A stretch of DNA of 64,000 nt from Felis catus (lineage: Eukaryota): positions 213,282,001-213,346,000 of the forward strand of contig NC_058368.1 of assembly GCF_018350175.1 (NCBI RefSeq), read 5' to 3'. The stretch's first letter is position 1; every line of letters starts with the position of its first letter. The position numbers and the translations under genes are program-made. Below the pieces are notes generated by a model. The model worked only from the letters and a program-made list of their open reading frames with translations, was not told where the DNA came from and ran no database searches. Shown here piece after piece: positions 36,941-49,341 of the stretch.

Positions 36941-37304
36941 CCTGTAATTCCAGTCTTAACTTTTGTACTGAGAGACAACATTTCCCCCACTTCTGTGGGA
37001 TCTTGGACAATCAGCGACAAGACCTCCTCCCTCAGCTTCCTCCTTCACCTCCTGTTGTTTTTTTCTGTGTTCCTGTTTCCTTATCCTGAATCTAACCAAA
37101 CATCTGCCTGGCTCTTGATCTCATCTGCCCTTGTTTTGTCTGGAGCCTGCTTCCATCAGTTTTCCGCCTTCCACGTGGATCTTTCCATGGTTCTGCTCTA
37201 CCTGAAGGCATGTTCAAGCTTTCCCTAACCTGAAGAAGCCCCTCCTGAAGAGTTAAGTTGTTGTCTTGTTCTCCTTCCGACAAACATATTTCAAGACTCT
37301 ACTG

Positions 37305-37505
37305 ACCTAGGTTTCTCAGTTGGTTAAGCATCTGACTCTTGATTGGCTCAGATCATGATCTCACAGTTCCGTGGGATTGAGCCCCATGTTGGACTCTGCG
37401 CTAGCACGAGGAGCCTTCTTGGGATTCTCTTATCTGCCCCTCCCCACTCACACTATCTCCCATCTCTCTCTCTCAGAATAAATAAATGAACGTTAAAAAA
37501 TAAAA
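37305..37505 (+). mobile_element. Can-SINE
   Basis: ctcagttggttaagcatctgactcttgatt...aataaataaatg. Confidence 0.88.
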
Positions 37506-37876
37506 GACTGTGTACTAACTGCCCCTACTTGTCTCTCTACTTGTTTCTTCTTGCGTGGTGACTTTTACCCCCTACTCTGCTGAAGGACCTTCCCAAAGTC
37601 ACTATGCCTTGTGTATCGCCACCTCTCTTTCCCATCGCTGCAGGTTTGACCCTAATTATGTTCTCTTTTTTTGCTTCTAAATTCCTGTCTTGCTTTGGAC
37701 ACACTGTGCTTTCTTGGTCCTCTGACTTCCTTAATAGTTTCTTCTTTCTTACACTGGTGTCCAGTTGTAGATGATCCCCTAAAGCTCTGTCTTTGGCTCT
37801 ACTAAGAGAGATACCTTAAGATGTACCAAATAATGAATAATCTCCCCCTCTCCCTCTTCAAAGTTAAACAGAATAG

Positions 37877-38115
37877 AGGCACTTGGGTGGCTTAGTTGGT
37901 TGAGTGTCCGATTGTTGATTTTGGCTCAGGTCATGATCCTAAGGTCATGGAATTGAGCCCTACATTGGGTTCCACACACTGAGTGTGGAACCTTCTTAAG
38001 ATTCTCTCGCTCTCTTGCTCTCCTGCACACTCTCGTGCGCACTCTCTCTCTTTCTGCCCTTCCCTCCCTCCCCCTCTGTCCCCTCACTCTCTCCCTCTCT
38101 AAAAATAAAAATAAT
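37877..38115 (+). mobile_element. Can-SINE with an expanded pyrimidine tract
   Basis: gaggcacttgggtggcttagttggttgag head, long CT-rich region. Confidence 0.88.
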
Positions 38116-38289
38116 ATTTTTTTAAATAATAAAAGTAAACAGGATTAACAAGGAATGATTCTTGTCTGTTGTCAAGACTTTTATACTAAGAACCCAGACA
38201 GAAATCATACATATTACAATAGGAGAAGACATGCTTTTTGTTAAATTCTTATGAGAAGTATGTCTTTGACCAAGAATTTTGCTTGTTTC

Positions 38290-38488
38290 TGGGCGTATGG
38301 GTGGCTCAGCTGGATAAGCATCCAACCCTTGATTTCGGCTCAGGTCATGATCTCATGGTTCAAGGGTTCCAGCCCTATGTCGGGCTCTGGGCATTGACAG
38401 TCAGGAGCCTGCTTGGGATTCTGTCTCTTTCTCTGCCCCTCCCCTGCTCTCTCTCTTTCTCAAAATATATAAACTTAAAAAAATTAAA
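38290..38488 (+). mobile_element. Can-SINE
   Basis: TSD aattttgcttgtttc at 38275-38289 and 38489-38503. Confidence 0.92.
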
Positions 38489-38587
38489 AATTTTGCTTGT
38501 TTCCTGTTTATTTTTAAAAACAATACCTAGTGCTTTTGCTTTTATTTTATTATCTATTTTCAGAGTATTAAAAAAATTAAAAATAAT

Positions 38588-39013
38588 TTTTTTAATGTTT
38601 ATTTTTGAGAGAGAGAGAGAGACAGAGCGTGAGTTGAGGAGAGGCAGAGAGAGAGGGAGACACAGAATCCAAAGCAGCTCCAGGCTCTGAGATGTCAGCA
38701 CAGAGCCTGACGCGGGGCTCGAACTCACAAGCTGTGAGATCATGATCTGAGCCAAAGTCTGCCGCCCAACCGACTGAGCCACCCAGGTGCCCCTAAAAAA
38801 TTTTTAAAAAAATATTTGTTTATTTTTGAGAGAGAGACAGACAGATTATGAACAGGTGAGGGGCAGAGGGAGAGGGAGACACAGAATCTGAAACAGGCTC
38901 CAGGCTCTGAGCTGTCAGCACAGAGCCCAACACAGGGCTCGAACTCAAGAACTGTGAGATCATGACCTGAGGCAAAGTCAGACGCTTAACTGACTGATCC
39001 ACTCGGGCATCCC
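38588..39013 (-). mobile_element. Two tandem minus-strand SINEC_Fc-type SINEs (38588-38793, ~38798-39013)
   Basis: Two reverse SINE bodies, each with caggctccaggctctgag...gtcagcacagagcc-type text. Confidence 0.92.
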
Positions 39014-40554
39014 TATTTATTTTTTCAAGTAGAGAATAGTTAGGGAATTACCCCAGAAGAGATGAGACAGGTATGGTTGTGCCCCAAAGAGAACATGAAT
39101 TATGGTTGAATGTCACCAAGAGTTAACCCTTTCTATCCCAAGAGAAGAGATAAAAAAGGATTACGGACCCTTAATTTCTTAGAACCTGTCACCTAGTCGT
39201 GGTTAAGAGTGTCTCTCCTTTTATCCAAGTGAGCTGCAGCAACTAGGGGCATGATTGCCTGGGCATTCAAATTGCTGCCACCTTTGGCTGAGGGCCAGAA
39301 ACTGTGTGGTGGTTTCTGTACGTTGCTCAGTATGACATTGGGAGAAGACAGCAGAGGGCCCTTTGATTTGTCTTAGTGTCCTAACACGTCCACCTCATTA
39401 GGAACCTTAAAGAGTCAAAGTACGGCCTGGCCCTGAAAGGGGAGGCATTGCTTTTTGGCATTTCCTAGAGCGGTCCTATGTTCCTCTGCCCTCACTCCCT
39501 GGGCGGGCTCGTTATCAGCTGGCTGCCACCTCCCATGTCCGGAGCCCCAATCCTGCCTTCCCCTCCTAAACTCATAACCCTCATCTAATGTGCCTCCTGG
39601 ATAGCTGCACATGGGTATCCTGTTGGCACTGGACACCTAATACATCCAACACCCATTCCATCATCTTCCCCTGTAACCCCAAGCCAGTTCCTCCTGGCTT
39701 TCTAAGTGTGGTGCAGAGTTATCGCCTGGATCGTGTGCTCATCTTGAACCTCACAGCCCAGACTTCTAGCATGTCCAGTGTATGGCTTATACCATTCATT
39801 GCAGATGAATAGCAAAAAGGTATCAGTGCTGGATGGCAGAATTATAAAAAGTATCTTCCCCTAGGTTTTATCTTTGAGCTAAGGCTGATGACTTGGTCAG
39901 CAGAGCAGTGGCTGTGCTCTAGCCATTCTCAGCCCTTAACCAGGCCTTGATGGGGCACAAAGTCCACACAGTGCTCACCTGCCCTAACCAGGCTTGCCCT
40001 GTCCTCCGTTCCAGGCTCCACTGGCAGATTACTTTACCCCAAGATCAGTTCTCATTTCCTTTTGTTCCTGCAAAACAGCAAACAAACTCTCCCACTGTAG
40101 CCAGAAAAGTGCCTGAACACCTGAACCTGTCACTTACAGTCATTCATGTGATTTCTTCCTCTTTTGCCTTCCCTTTGTGGTTCCTTGTAATTCTCTTCTC
40201 TTACTTACCACGTTCTACATTTTATTATGTTTGTGAATGTATTTCCCTTTTGAGAGTATAAGCTCCTTGGAGTAGACACACAAATCCTCGCCCTCTTCAC
40301 ATCCTCTTCACCTCCTCTTCACCTAATGCAGCGCCTTGCATGTACGGGTCTGGTATCCTTTGTTGAGTAGCCAGCTTCCTGTTCTGTCTGGTGTGAACTT
40401 TCTCTACTGACAGGAGCTGCCTCCTTCTTGCCATCCAGGTAGAGCACAGCATTTAGACACACTGCTGCAGCTTTCAATGCAACTTGAGGAAGTTATTTGG
40501 TCTCTCCAAGCCTCAGTTCCTTGCTGTTAATGAAATTAGAAATCACCCCTGTCG

Positions 40555-40730
40555 GGGCACCTGGGTGGCTCAGTTGGTTAAGCGTCCGACGCTTGATTTT
40601 GGCTCAGATCACGATCTCATGGTTCGTGGGTTCAAGCCCCACATCAGGCACTGCATACACTGCGTGGAGCCTGCTTCAGATTCTGTCTCCCTGTCTTTCA
40701 AAAATAAACATTAAAAAGAAAAGAAAAGAA
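40555..40730 (+). mobile_element. Can-SINE lacking most of the CT-rich segment, inserted in a MIR (~40440-40850)
   Basis: Head, then gattctgtctccctgtctttcaaaaataaac; MIR core ctctccaagcctcagttcc upstream. Confidence 0.85.
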
Positions 40731-41138
40731 AACCTCAGTGTTTAAGAGGGGAAAGAAGGAAATCACTGCAGTCTGAGAGTGTGACTGAGAATCATATGAG
40801 TTAGTTGACATGAAGTCCCTGGCAGAGCAGGTTCGCCACGGTGTCTAGCCTAGTGATGGTGATGCGGTCATCTAGGCTCCCGGCACTCAAGCCCGGTCAG
40901 ACCATAAGCAGGTCTGAGTGTAACTGTCTAGACCTGGGGGTCTTTTTTGTTTTCGTTTTAAGACTAAATCATTGTTTTTCATTGTAAGTAACTAGTCTTT
41001 GGCTTAACAAAGTTGAAAATATTCAGCCATTTCCTACCCAAGTTATACATTTCCCGGAGTGAATTTAAATGCTCAGCTTACCTTTCTCCCGCAGGATTGT
41101 GTATATTATGACTGAAAAACCTTTCTTCCCCTTTGCAG

Positions 41139-41248
41139 TTATGGTGTTGGTCCTGCCACAATGGATGTGCCCTTTTGAAAATGTCAGCACTGCCCAAAAA
41201 AGAACAGGATGATGGCCTTTCACAAATGCAAAAGAGCTTCTTGGATGG
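41139..41248 (+). CDS. MTMR12: MTMR12 exon 9 (110 nt): LWCWSCHNGCALLKMSALPKKEQDDGLSQMQKSFLD(G)
   Basis: Acceptor ctttgcag|TTA, donor TGG|gtcagt; frame continues into exon 10. Confidence 0.94.
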
Positions 41249-41387
41249 GTCAGTACTGTTCTACATTTTGTGACTGGTTAGCTCGAGTTCTTGTTTTCCA
41301 AAGAAGCTTCATTCCTGTTTACCTGCTGATAGCTTAGTGCTCAGGAATACCATAGAGAGGGATCATTTTTAATCCCTTTGAAAGGAG

Positions 41388-41663
41388 GGGCGCCTGGCTG
41401 GCTCAGTGGGTAGAGGATGCAACTCTTGATCTTGGGCTCATGAGTTCGAGCCCCACATTGGGTGTAGAGATTACTGAAAAACAAAAAACTTAAAAATACA
41501 TAATTTTGAAAGGAGTCGGTATAACATAATCATTAAGAATGTCAACTGCAGGGGCACCTGGCTAGCTCAGAGGAGCTTGTAACTTTTGATCGCGGGTAGA
41601 GTTCAAGCCCGATGTTGGGTGTAGAGATAACTTAAATAAATAAAACTTAAAAAAAAAAAAAAA
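41388..41663 (+). mobile_element. Two short Can-SINEs (~41388-41500, 41551-41663) in the 726-bp intron 9
   Basis: TSDs tttgaaaggag and a(g/a)atgtcaactgca flank the two elements. Confidence 0.9.
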
Positions 41664-41974
41664 AGGATGTCAACTGCATTATTTTTAGAGATGCACACTG
41701 AGGTATTTAGGGGGGAGGGCATGATGGCTATGGTATTGACAGTGGTCAAATCCAGGTCATGGCCTATGTCACTGTCCTTTGATACATGTTCCACGTGCTT
41801 CCATTTCCACCTCTGATGACTGGGAACAGCGGTCCTGTGGTAGCTAGTTTGTTGGCAAGGATCAAATGGGAGGATACCTACACACACAGATCTTGCCACG
41901 TCTAAGTGCTTGGGAAAAATAAGCTGTTTCTAATTCACTTCTCTTTTAATCTCCTGTTACTTTTTGATACCTAG

Positions 41975-42099
41975 AATCTATAAGACCATCCACAGGCCAC
42001 CCTATGAAATTGTTAAAACTGAAGACCTGTCAAGCAACTTCCTGTCCCTGCAGGACATCCAGACTGCCTACTCTAAATTCAAACAGCTGTTTCTGATAG
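41975..42099 (+). CDS. MTMR12: MTMR12 exon 10 (125 nt): IYKTIHRPPYEIVKTEDLSSNFLSLQDIQTAYSKFKQLFLI(D)
   Basis: Acceptor acctag|A, donor TAG|gtgaga. Confidence 0.96.
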
Positions 42100-43711
42100 G
42101 TGAGAAAAATGCAGAACAAAAGCTCTCTGTCAAATAGGGTAAGACATGCCGTGTGGATCAGGTGACAGCTGGTACCTTCTCCCTGGTCTCTGTATGTACC
42201 CGAGGCTCATGACCATGAGGGTTGATGTCATAGAGCAGAGGGGCTGGTAGCTGAGGAGCCGCTGTCATTGCCACGTTCACCGCACGCACCCCCCCTCCCC
42301 CTCCATTTTCTTCCAGGCTTTTACCCCACTGCCCCTTCTGACGACAGGGAACACAGGCCCACCCCTCCACTGCTCCTCTTCTCTCCTTCCTCAGCACAGT
42401 GTTGCCCAGTGGTGTACACAGGGGCTTCTCTCTTTAAAAGTTGTGGAGCCATGCGACACCTGTATTCGCTGGCTCGCTCACGGTGATTGATAAAGTGGAT
42501 GATTGGTTTTGTTTTCCGTAGTGGCTTATTGAATGGACCGCCTCCCACCCCCCCACCCCAAGTGAAAATATCTTTTTTTCCTTCTGATTAAGCAGAAATG
42601 TACAAAGTAGGAAATGAAATATGCCCATCCCGGCCACCCCCACTTCTCTGCCTGGGCTACCCAGTATGAACAGCTTAGGACCTGAATCCTACTTAACCAG
42701 CCCAGTTGTTTATTAATTCTCGTTCTTCAGTGAATCTGTATTACCATCTGAGATTTGTCACAGTTTTTCCTAACTTGGACTTTCTAGCCTAGCAAATTCT
42801 AATGACTTAGGATTCATTCATTCATTCAGCTGACATTTATTGAGTTTCCATTATATACACCGATTATGGAGGCATTTGAGATAAAGATGAATATGCCCAG
42901 GTAAACAGCAGTGTCCACCTCTAACTAGATTTATAAAAAGCAGGGACCTGGTGGAGAGTGCCCTAGTTTTTTGGGGTTTTTTTGTTTTTGCAGATCTTAA
43001 ATTTTGGGTACTCTGCACATTCAGAGAAACTTCTCTAGTAATAAACTATAGAAATGATCCTTGAAAGTATAGTCTTCACTGCACTAGTTGGTGCAGGACT
43101 GTGATTCTACCACTTTCCGTCTCATCACCCAGGACTTGCAGAGAGGTATCTGCCTTGTCGTTGATTTGAGTTTGCAGCTTGGACCTGTATTAGGTGTCCG
43201 TGCAGCGCAGGGCTCTCTGTACCAAAGGTGTGGGGGCGGGGTGTGTGGTGTAGGGGTATGCAAGGAAAATGTGCTTGTGTATTTAGGATTCCAGCAGAAG
43301 CCAAGTCTCCCCCTTTGGGCTCCCTGGCATCAGGAGGTACCCTGTTGTCTTCCAGTGCTAGAATAGTGTAGCCTGGGTGTCAACTGTTTCTGCCTAAAAC
43401 ATGTTACTCTCCTTGTTGAGTCACAAGGTCAACCATGGCTTTACATAAATATTGTGGGGCACTTTTTATTTGAACAATAAAAATCTAAAAAATCCATTTT
43501 TGACTGCCACCCCCTTCCAGAGGCTTACAGTTCAAACACCATTTCAGCTGAAGTCTGGAAGTGTCCTTTCTTGAGAATGGAGATCTGTGCTTGGATGCTG
43601 CAGTTCAAGTTCAAGACTGTCTGAACAGCACACTTGAGTAGCACAGATTTTTGGTGGCAGACATGTAAGAGAACAGTGACCTGACTTCCTTGCTCTTTTT
43701 TCTTTTTTCAG

Positions 43712-43790
43712 ATAATAGTACCGAATTTTGGGACACAGATATAAAATGGTTTTCTCTGTTGGAAAGTAGCAGCTGGCTTGACATAATCAG
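43712..43790 (+). CDS. MTMR12: MTMR12 exon 11 (79 nt): DNSTEFWDTDIKWFSLLESSSWLDII(R)
   Basis: Strong pyrimidine tract, ttttcag|AT; donor CAG|gtattt; myotubularin W..LE.S.WL motif. Confidence 0.96.
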
Positions 43791-45213
43791 GTATTTTAAA
43801 GCCATCATTTTGCTCATGAATTTTATAGTTCTCTAATTCAAAGTAGTAAAACAAATTGACAAACGATGGAACTGTTTTAAATGTTAAACATTTAAATGTG
43901 TTAAACATCACAGTTAGATGTTCTTAGATCACATATTCTATTGACAGCTCAGCTGGATTTTACATTTGTTTATTATTTCTGTGCACATTTGATCTGAATT
44001 TATCGACATGCTACTTGCTCACAAAGAGATCTCTCTAGACTATATTTATAGACTAGGCATGGAAAGACTGCAGAACAGGGGGGTGGCAACCCATAAGTCT
44101 AACTGAGGCAGCAGTGCTGGCCTCCAAGAAGGGAACAGGAAGAAGGGGGGTGATGCTGACTTTTTACTGAATACCTTTTTTAATTACGTTTCTCCTGTGT
44201 ATATTACCTATTTTAGAATGAGTAATGTCGGTTTTTCATAATTTCATGATTAATTTCAATTAGGCATTTTGGGTTTGGGAATTAGGTTGAGATTCCCAGA
44301 GACAGAATTCCTATATTCCCTTCCCTACTTCATAGTTTGAATAGCTCCTCTCTGTTGCTGTTAAAGAGAGGAGAGGGCAAAGGGAGGCACAGAAGAGCAA
44401 TGATCAGGGTGCGAGAAGAGTCCCACCCCTAGGACACTTGTGAGGCACAGTTGGACAGTGCCTCCAACTGGCACTGCATCTCTCGGTTCTGCCAGCGAGG
44501 TTTGTGGCAAGGAGCCTCAGCCCCCCAAACACTTGTTAACGCATCCGTTCCGGAGAACCTGCTGCATGGCCCATAGTCGGAATGTGTAGTTGCCGACAGT
44601 GATCAACGTCACCAGGAAAAGCACCCTTCTTCAGGGGGGGTGGGCAAAGAAGGTTGAGCATCCCTCACCAAATGAAGCACCGTCCAGGAAGGGTGCCCCT
44701 GCAGGCAGGGAACAGCATATGTGAAGCCCTTAGTTACAAGCAGAGGAAAGTCAACGCTGAAAATCAGGAATAGTGTGTACAGAGAGTGACAGAAGGGATT
44801 TCTGGACCTTGTTGGACTGTTTCAGCCACACTGACACATTGGACAGGTGACCTTGAATTAGACCATGTGGGCGTGCAGCACAGTTTCCGACGTGGGCATT
44901 TGTGTGTCTTACTAGGACTCTCCGGCCAGACTCAGGCATGAGTTCTCAATAGGAGACTATAGTTTAGAAATCACCTAGGAAGGTTTTGACATCAATTTTG
45001 GGATTCCCTTCTGAAAATTTTCAGTTTCTAATTGGCAGATGAGTGTCTTGCAGTATGTGAATAGGGTAAATGGTAACTTCTTTTCTGGAGGATTTCAAGT
45101 GAAAAAACAAATGAGATTGTCTCAATCTTCAGTTTCCTCTGTCTAAATTTCTCATGGTTTTGATGCCAACCTCAGAAACTAATGCCCCTTTTTCTTGTCT
45201 CTTTCCAATGTAG

Positions 45214-45284
45214 ACGTTGCCTGAAAAAAGCAATAGAAATCACAGAATGTCTAGAAGCACAAAACGTGAACGTTCTTCTTTTAG
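45214..45284 (+). CDS. MTMR12: MTMR12 exon 12 (71 nt): RCLKKAIEITECLEAQNVNVLLL(E)
   Basis: Acceptor aatgtag|A, donor TAG|gtaata; overlaps ORF 45182..45364. Confidence 0.96.
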
Positions 45285-46447
45285 GTAATACACTTAAAGC
45301 ACAAAGAGTGGTTTTCATTTCCCTTCACTCGAGACTCAATTTCTGCATATATAGCTTTATGTAATTGGAAGTGTCTTACAAAAGGAGCGAGCTAGTGTAG
45401 AAATCCTTCCCATTCTTTTCTACCCTGACCTTGGAATTCTTTGCGTTTGATTTCAGTGTTACAGTTTAAAAATAAATCCTTCATTTAGAACTTGGCAGAC
45501 TTACTTGCAGCCCAAGAAGGAATTGTTTGGTATCTTCACCAAAGCTCACATTTCCTACTGCTTTGGGTTTTGTTTTATATTAACTCCACTTGGTTACAGT
45601 TAAAATCTTTTGATAATCCTTTTTATATAAAGAAATCCGTGAATGGTTTAATTGTTCTTTTTATATCTTTGTGTTTGACAGACAACCTTGTGCAGTCGCT
45701 ATAGAAAGTTTGTGGCTCACGATTTCCTTTGCCTCAGTGGGCTTAACTTGCTAAACATGTGGACAGGACATAAGCATTCAGAATGTGTAAAAACAGGTGC
45801 AAACCGCTTTTATTTAAAGATTGCTAGAGTTGGTTAGACCTGAGCTAAAATACGATGTTTGCCGTTTAGAATATTTTAAACTTCTCATAGCCCTGCACTT
45901 CGGTTCAGTAGATCATCTCACGCTTTCATGCCCTCAAGCTTTTACCATGGCTCTGACGTGCTCCATGACTGCTGAAATTTAGCCTCTGTGGGCGGGCTGC
46001 ACATGTGTCTGCTTGGGGCTTCTGTACCACCTGATGCTGGCTCGCTGACTTGGACTTTACGATATTGACTGAGCACCTACCATGTGCAGAGCTCTATACT
46101 TCTGCCTTCTAGAAGTTTACAGCCTAATGAGAGTTGGCCTGAGCATGTTATTGAAAAAGACCTAATCACCAATGGCAGAACTGAGGAACTAAGTGGTACA
46201 GAGGAGGACGAATAAAGATCAGAATCTGAGAGGCAGAAGTTCTCAGGCCAGGCTGCAGTAGTCACAGTTGCATAAAACAACATCTGAATCTTTGGCTGAG
46301 ATGTGAGAAGTCACTCGGTCCAGAAGAATGACTGAGTTGTCTCCTCTGAAATCTCATTTTCTGGTCCTTCTTCCTGTTACAGGTTTACTGTTAATACCTG
46401 TCAGATGCAAGAAGGATGATTCCCTTAAAATTATAAAACTTATTTCA

Positions 46448-46669
46448 GGGCGCCTGGGTGGCTCAGTCAGTTAAATGTCCGACTTCTGCTCAGGTCATGA
46501 TCTCACGGTTCACGAGTTCGAGCCCTGTGTCGGGCTCTGTGCTGACAGCTCAGAGCCTGGAGTCTGCTTCAGATTCTGTGTCTCCCCCTCTCTCTGCCCC
46601 TCCCCCACTCATACTCTGTCTCTTTCTCAAAAATAAATAAAACGTTAAGAAAATTAAAAAAAAAAAAAA
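46448..46669 (+). mobile_element. SINEC_Fc-type SINE
   Basis: gggcgcctgggtggctcagtcagttaa head to A-tail. Confidence 0.93.
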
Positions 46670-47720
46670 GAAACTTGAAATAAGCTGATAACACTCCAAA
46701 CACAAAACTCTGTTTCTTTTGAAGCCATGTGTTCCCGTAGTTTAGACTTGTCTCCCTGGAGGAGAAAAAGAAGCACAAGCGTAAGCCTAGACCTTAGTGC
46801 CTCATGGTTCCAGGGTCAGAATGAAAGAGTTTTAACGGTGGAGACATCCCCCTCCTTAGAATTTGTAAGTTTCTCTAGTTTCACCGATACTAGCACCGCC
46901 ATCCTCCTGGACATTTTTAAATAGCAGCTTGAGTTGCACTTCTTTCTGCAAAGAGGAAACCACGGGGATGCAGACCCTAACTTTTAGGATCTGAAAACTC
47001 TAAGGCAAATGCATGGACAGAAATGTATGCTTTTATTTGCCGGGAGTCATGAATGCCGAACACGCGTATGAATGGTGTTTTCATCACACAGGTTTCGTCC
47101 GGTGCACTCTGGGGGTGGGCACGTGGACATAGACCGAGGGGAGTTTCTCCGCCAGGCTAGGCAAGGAGAAGCGGGCACCTCTGTGCTCTCAGAGAAGGAA
47201 GGAGCTATGGAGCTGGGAATAAGGGAGTCCAAGCAGAGGGAGTGGAGGAGAGGAGCTCTGAGGGGAGTCTGAGGAGCAGCTGAGCCCTGGAACAGTGAGT
47301 CCAGTGATGGAGACTTTGACACGGCAGCTGGAAGAGTTTTGAACTTGGTCTGTGAAGGCCAGCGGGTTGCCACCACGTGTATGGCTCTGCCCTCGTTATG
47401 CGGCACGCCGGGATGCCGGTACGCTGACAGTGGATTTGACGTGCTGCGTTTTATTCAGTCAGTCAGCAGATCTGTGCTTAGTGCCAGCATATGCCGGAAC
47501 CTGTACGGGACTGGCTGGAAGCAGTTTGTCTGTCTGTCTGAACACTACCTGTTTTCCCCATGGGCCCTCGCCTTCAGGGAAGTAGACCTTGACTGTCAGT
47601 AGCAGGCACACTTTGGTTTTGGGAACCCCACCATTAACTGTGCAAGGGTGAGCACCCTTTGCGGCTTTTTAATACTCCATACTCTCCTGCCTCTTTGCAC
47701 TGCCGCTGGGCCCCTCCTAG

Positions 47721-47893
47721 AGGAGAATGCTTCCGACCTCTGCTGCCTCGTTTCCTCTCTGGTGCAAGTGATGATGGACCCCCACTGTAGAACCAGGATT
47801 GGTTTCCAGAGCCTTGTCCAAAAGGAGTGGATCATGGGCGGGCACTCTTTCCTGGATCGCTGCAACCATCTACGTCAGAGTGACAAAGAGGAG
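47721..47893 (+). CDS. MTMR12: MTMR12 exon 13 (173 nt): EENASDLCCLVSSLVQVMMDPHCRTRIGFQSLVQKEWIMGGHSFLDRCNHLRQSDKEE
   Basis: Acceptor ctcctag|AG, donor GAG|gtgagt; myotubularin DP..RT..GF..L..KEW...GH.F..R signature. Confidence 0.97.
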
Positions 47894-49144
47894 GTGAGTG
47901 TCCTCGTCGGAGAAGCGCCCGGTCTCTAATACCTGTCTTCAGGTGTCGGGCCGGTGCTTGTGAAGTGCATGCTGTTGGGCTTGTTAGGAAGGCCATGTTC
48001 AGTTCACTGTTGGATGACTCCAAATGCTTTAAACAGTACTGAAATCCTTCCCAGAGGAAAAGGGTATTAGTAAGTGGTTCAGTGCCTTTTCTTCTAAATT
48101 GCGTATTTCATGATGGGAATATGTATTTCATGATGGGAATAACACTGATTTATAAAACTTAAAAATTAATTCAGAGGGACTCCTATAATTTCTGCGAAGT
48201 TAGTGCTTGCAAAAAAATGAATATTCCACATAATAACACAAAGTGAATTTTCCCTTGCACATAAGCCTTTTCAAATAAAGCATGAGGTTTATGTTAACGC
48301 CGTCCCTCACCAGGACCTTACCGGTGACGTAGCGTGCTGTGCACATGACCTCTTCTGCGTCTGGCTGTGTGAATTGCGTTGTAGTTTAGCTGGCCCCCAC
48401 GTCGTGGTCTAGTCTCAGCTGCAGCTATGCATACTCCTTTGGCCGCATTGTTAATGATTGCTGAAGAGAAAATGAAGACAGGTGAACTTTCTTTAACGAA
48501 GTCACCTACAAAGCTCCGTGTTCTAGGAGCATGGCTCGTGGTTGTTCTTACTGCAGGTAATGAACGTGTCTGTCTGTGATGGGAAGCAGCATGCCGTGGG
48601 AATAGAGAGCCATGGCTCCTGCCCTCAGGGTCTTGGCATGTTTCTGGAAGACTGCGGCTTCTCTTGCTAGGCTGTGAGGTTTCTTTCAGGCCTGGTCTCT
48701 GCTCATCTGTGTCTCATCAAGCTGAATGGAAATCACCATTTTCACCCTTGGAATGGACTTTGCCTTTCTGAGGAACTTTGCAAGGTTGATGGGACTCAAC
48801 ATGATGGGCAGAGAGCAGATACTATGTGGGGACGAGTATGTTTTGGATATCTTGAGAAGATAGGACTGTCAAGGACCATGTCTGGGGAGGGAGAATGAGT
48901 CCAAGAGCAGATACAGTCTGATCTGCTTTCACCCATCCTTTGGAGAAGTCATCCACACTTTCTGAGCCCATTTTCATGACTATATAGTAGGGTTCAGGTA
49001 CTTTCCACTCTGTTTAATGATATACTGAGCAGAAAATGAAGTATGAAATAAAGTTGCTATATCAGCATTTCTTCGCATCTCCACAATGACATATTGATGT
49101 TGTTGGGGGTTATTTTCCTTCTAAATGTGGCCATTTTAAAAGAA

Positions 49145-49341
49145 TTATTTACTTATCTATTTATTTTTGAGAGAGTGAGTGAGTGAGCGAGCAGGGAAGG
49201 GGCAGAGAGAGCGAATCCCAAACAGGCTCCGTGCCGTCAATGCAGAGCCTGATGGGGGGCTTGATTTCACAAACCGTGAGATCGTGGCCTGAGCCAAAAT
49301 CAAGAGTCAGACGCTTAACTGACTGAGCCATCCGGGCGCCT
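49145..49341 (-). mobile_element. Can-SINE
   Basis: Reverse head ...ctgagccatccgggcgcc; no clear TSD. Confidence 0.9.
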
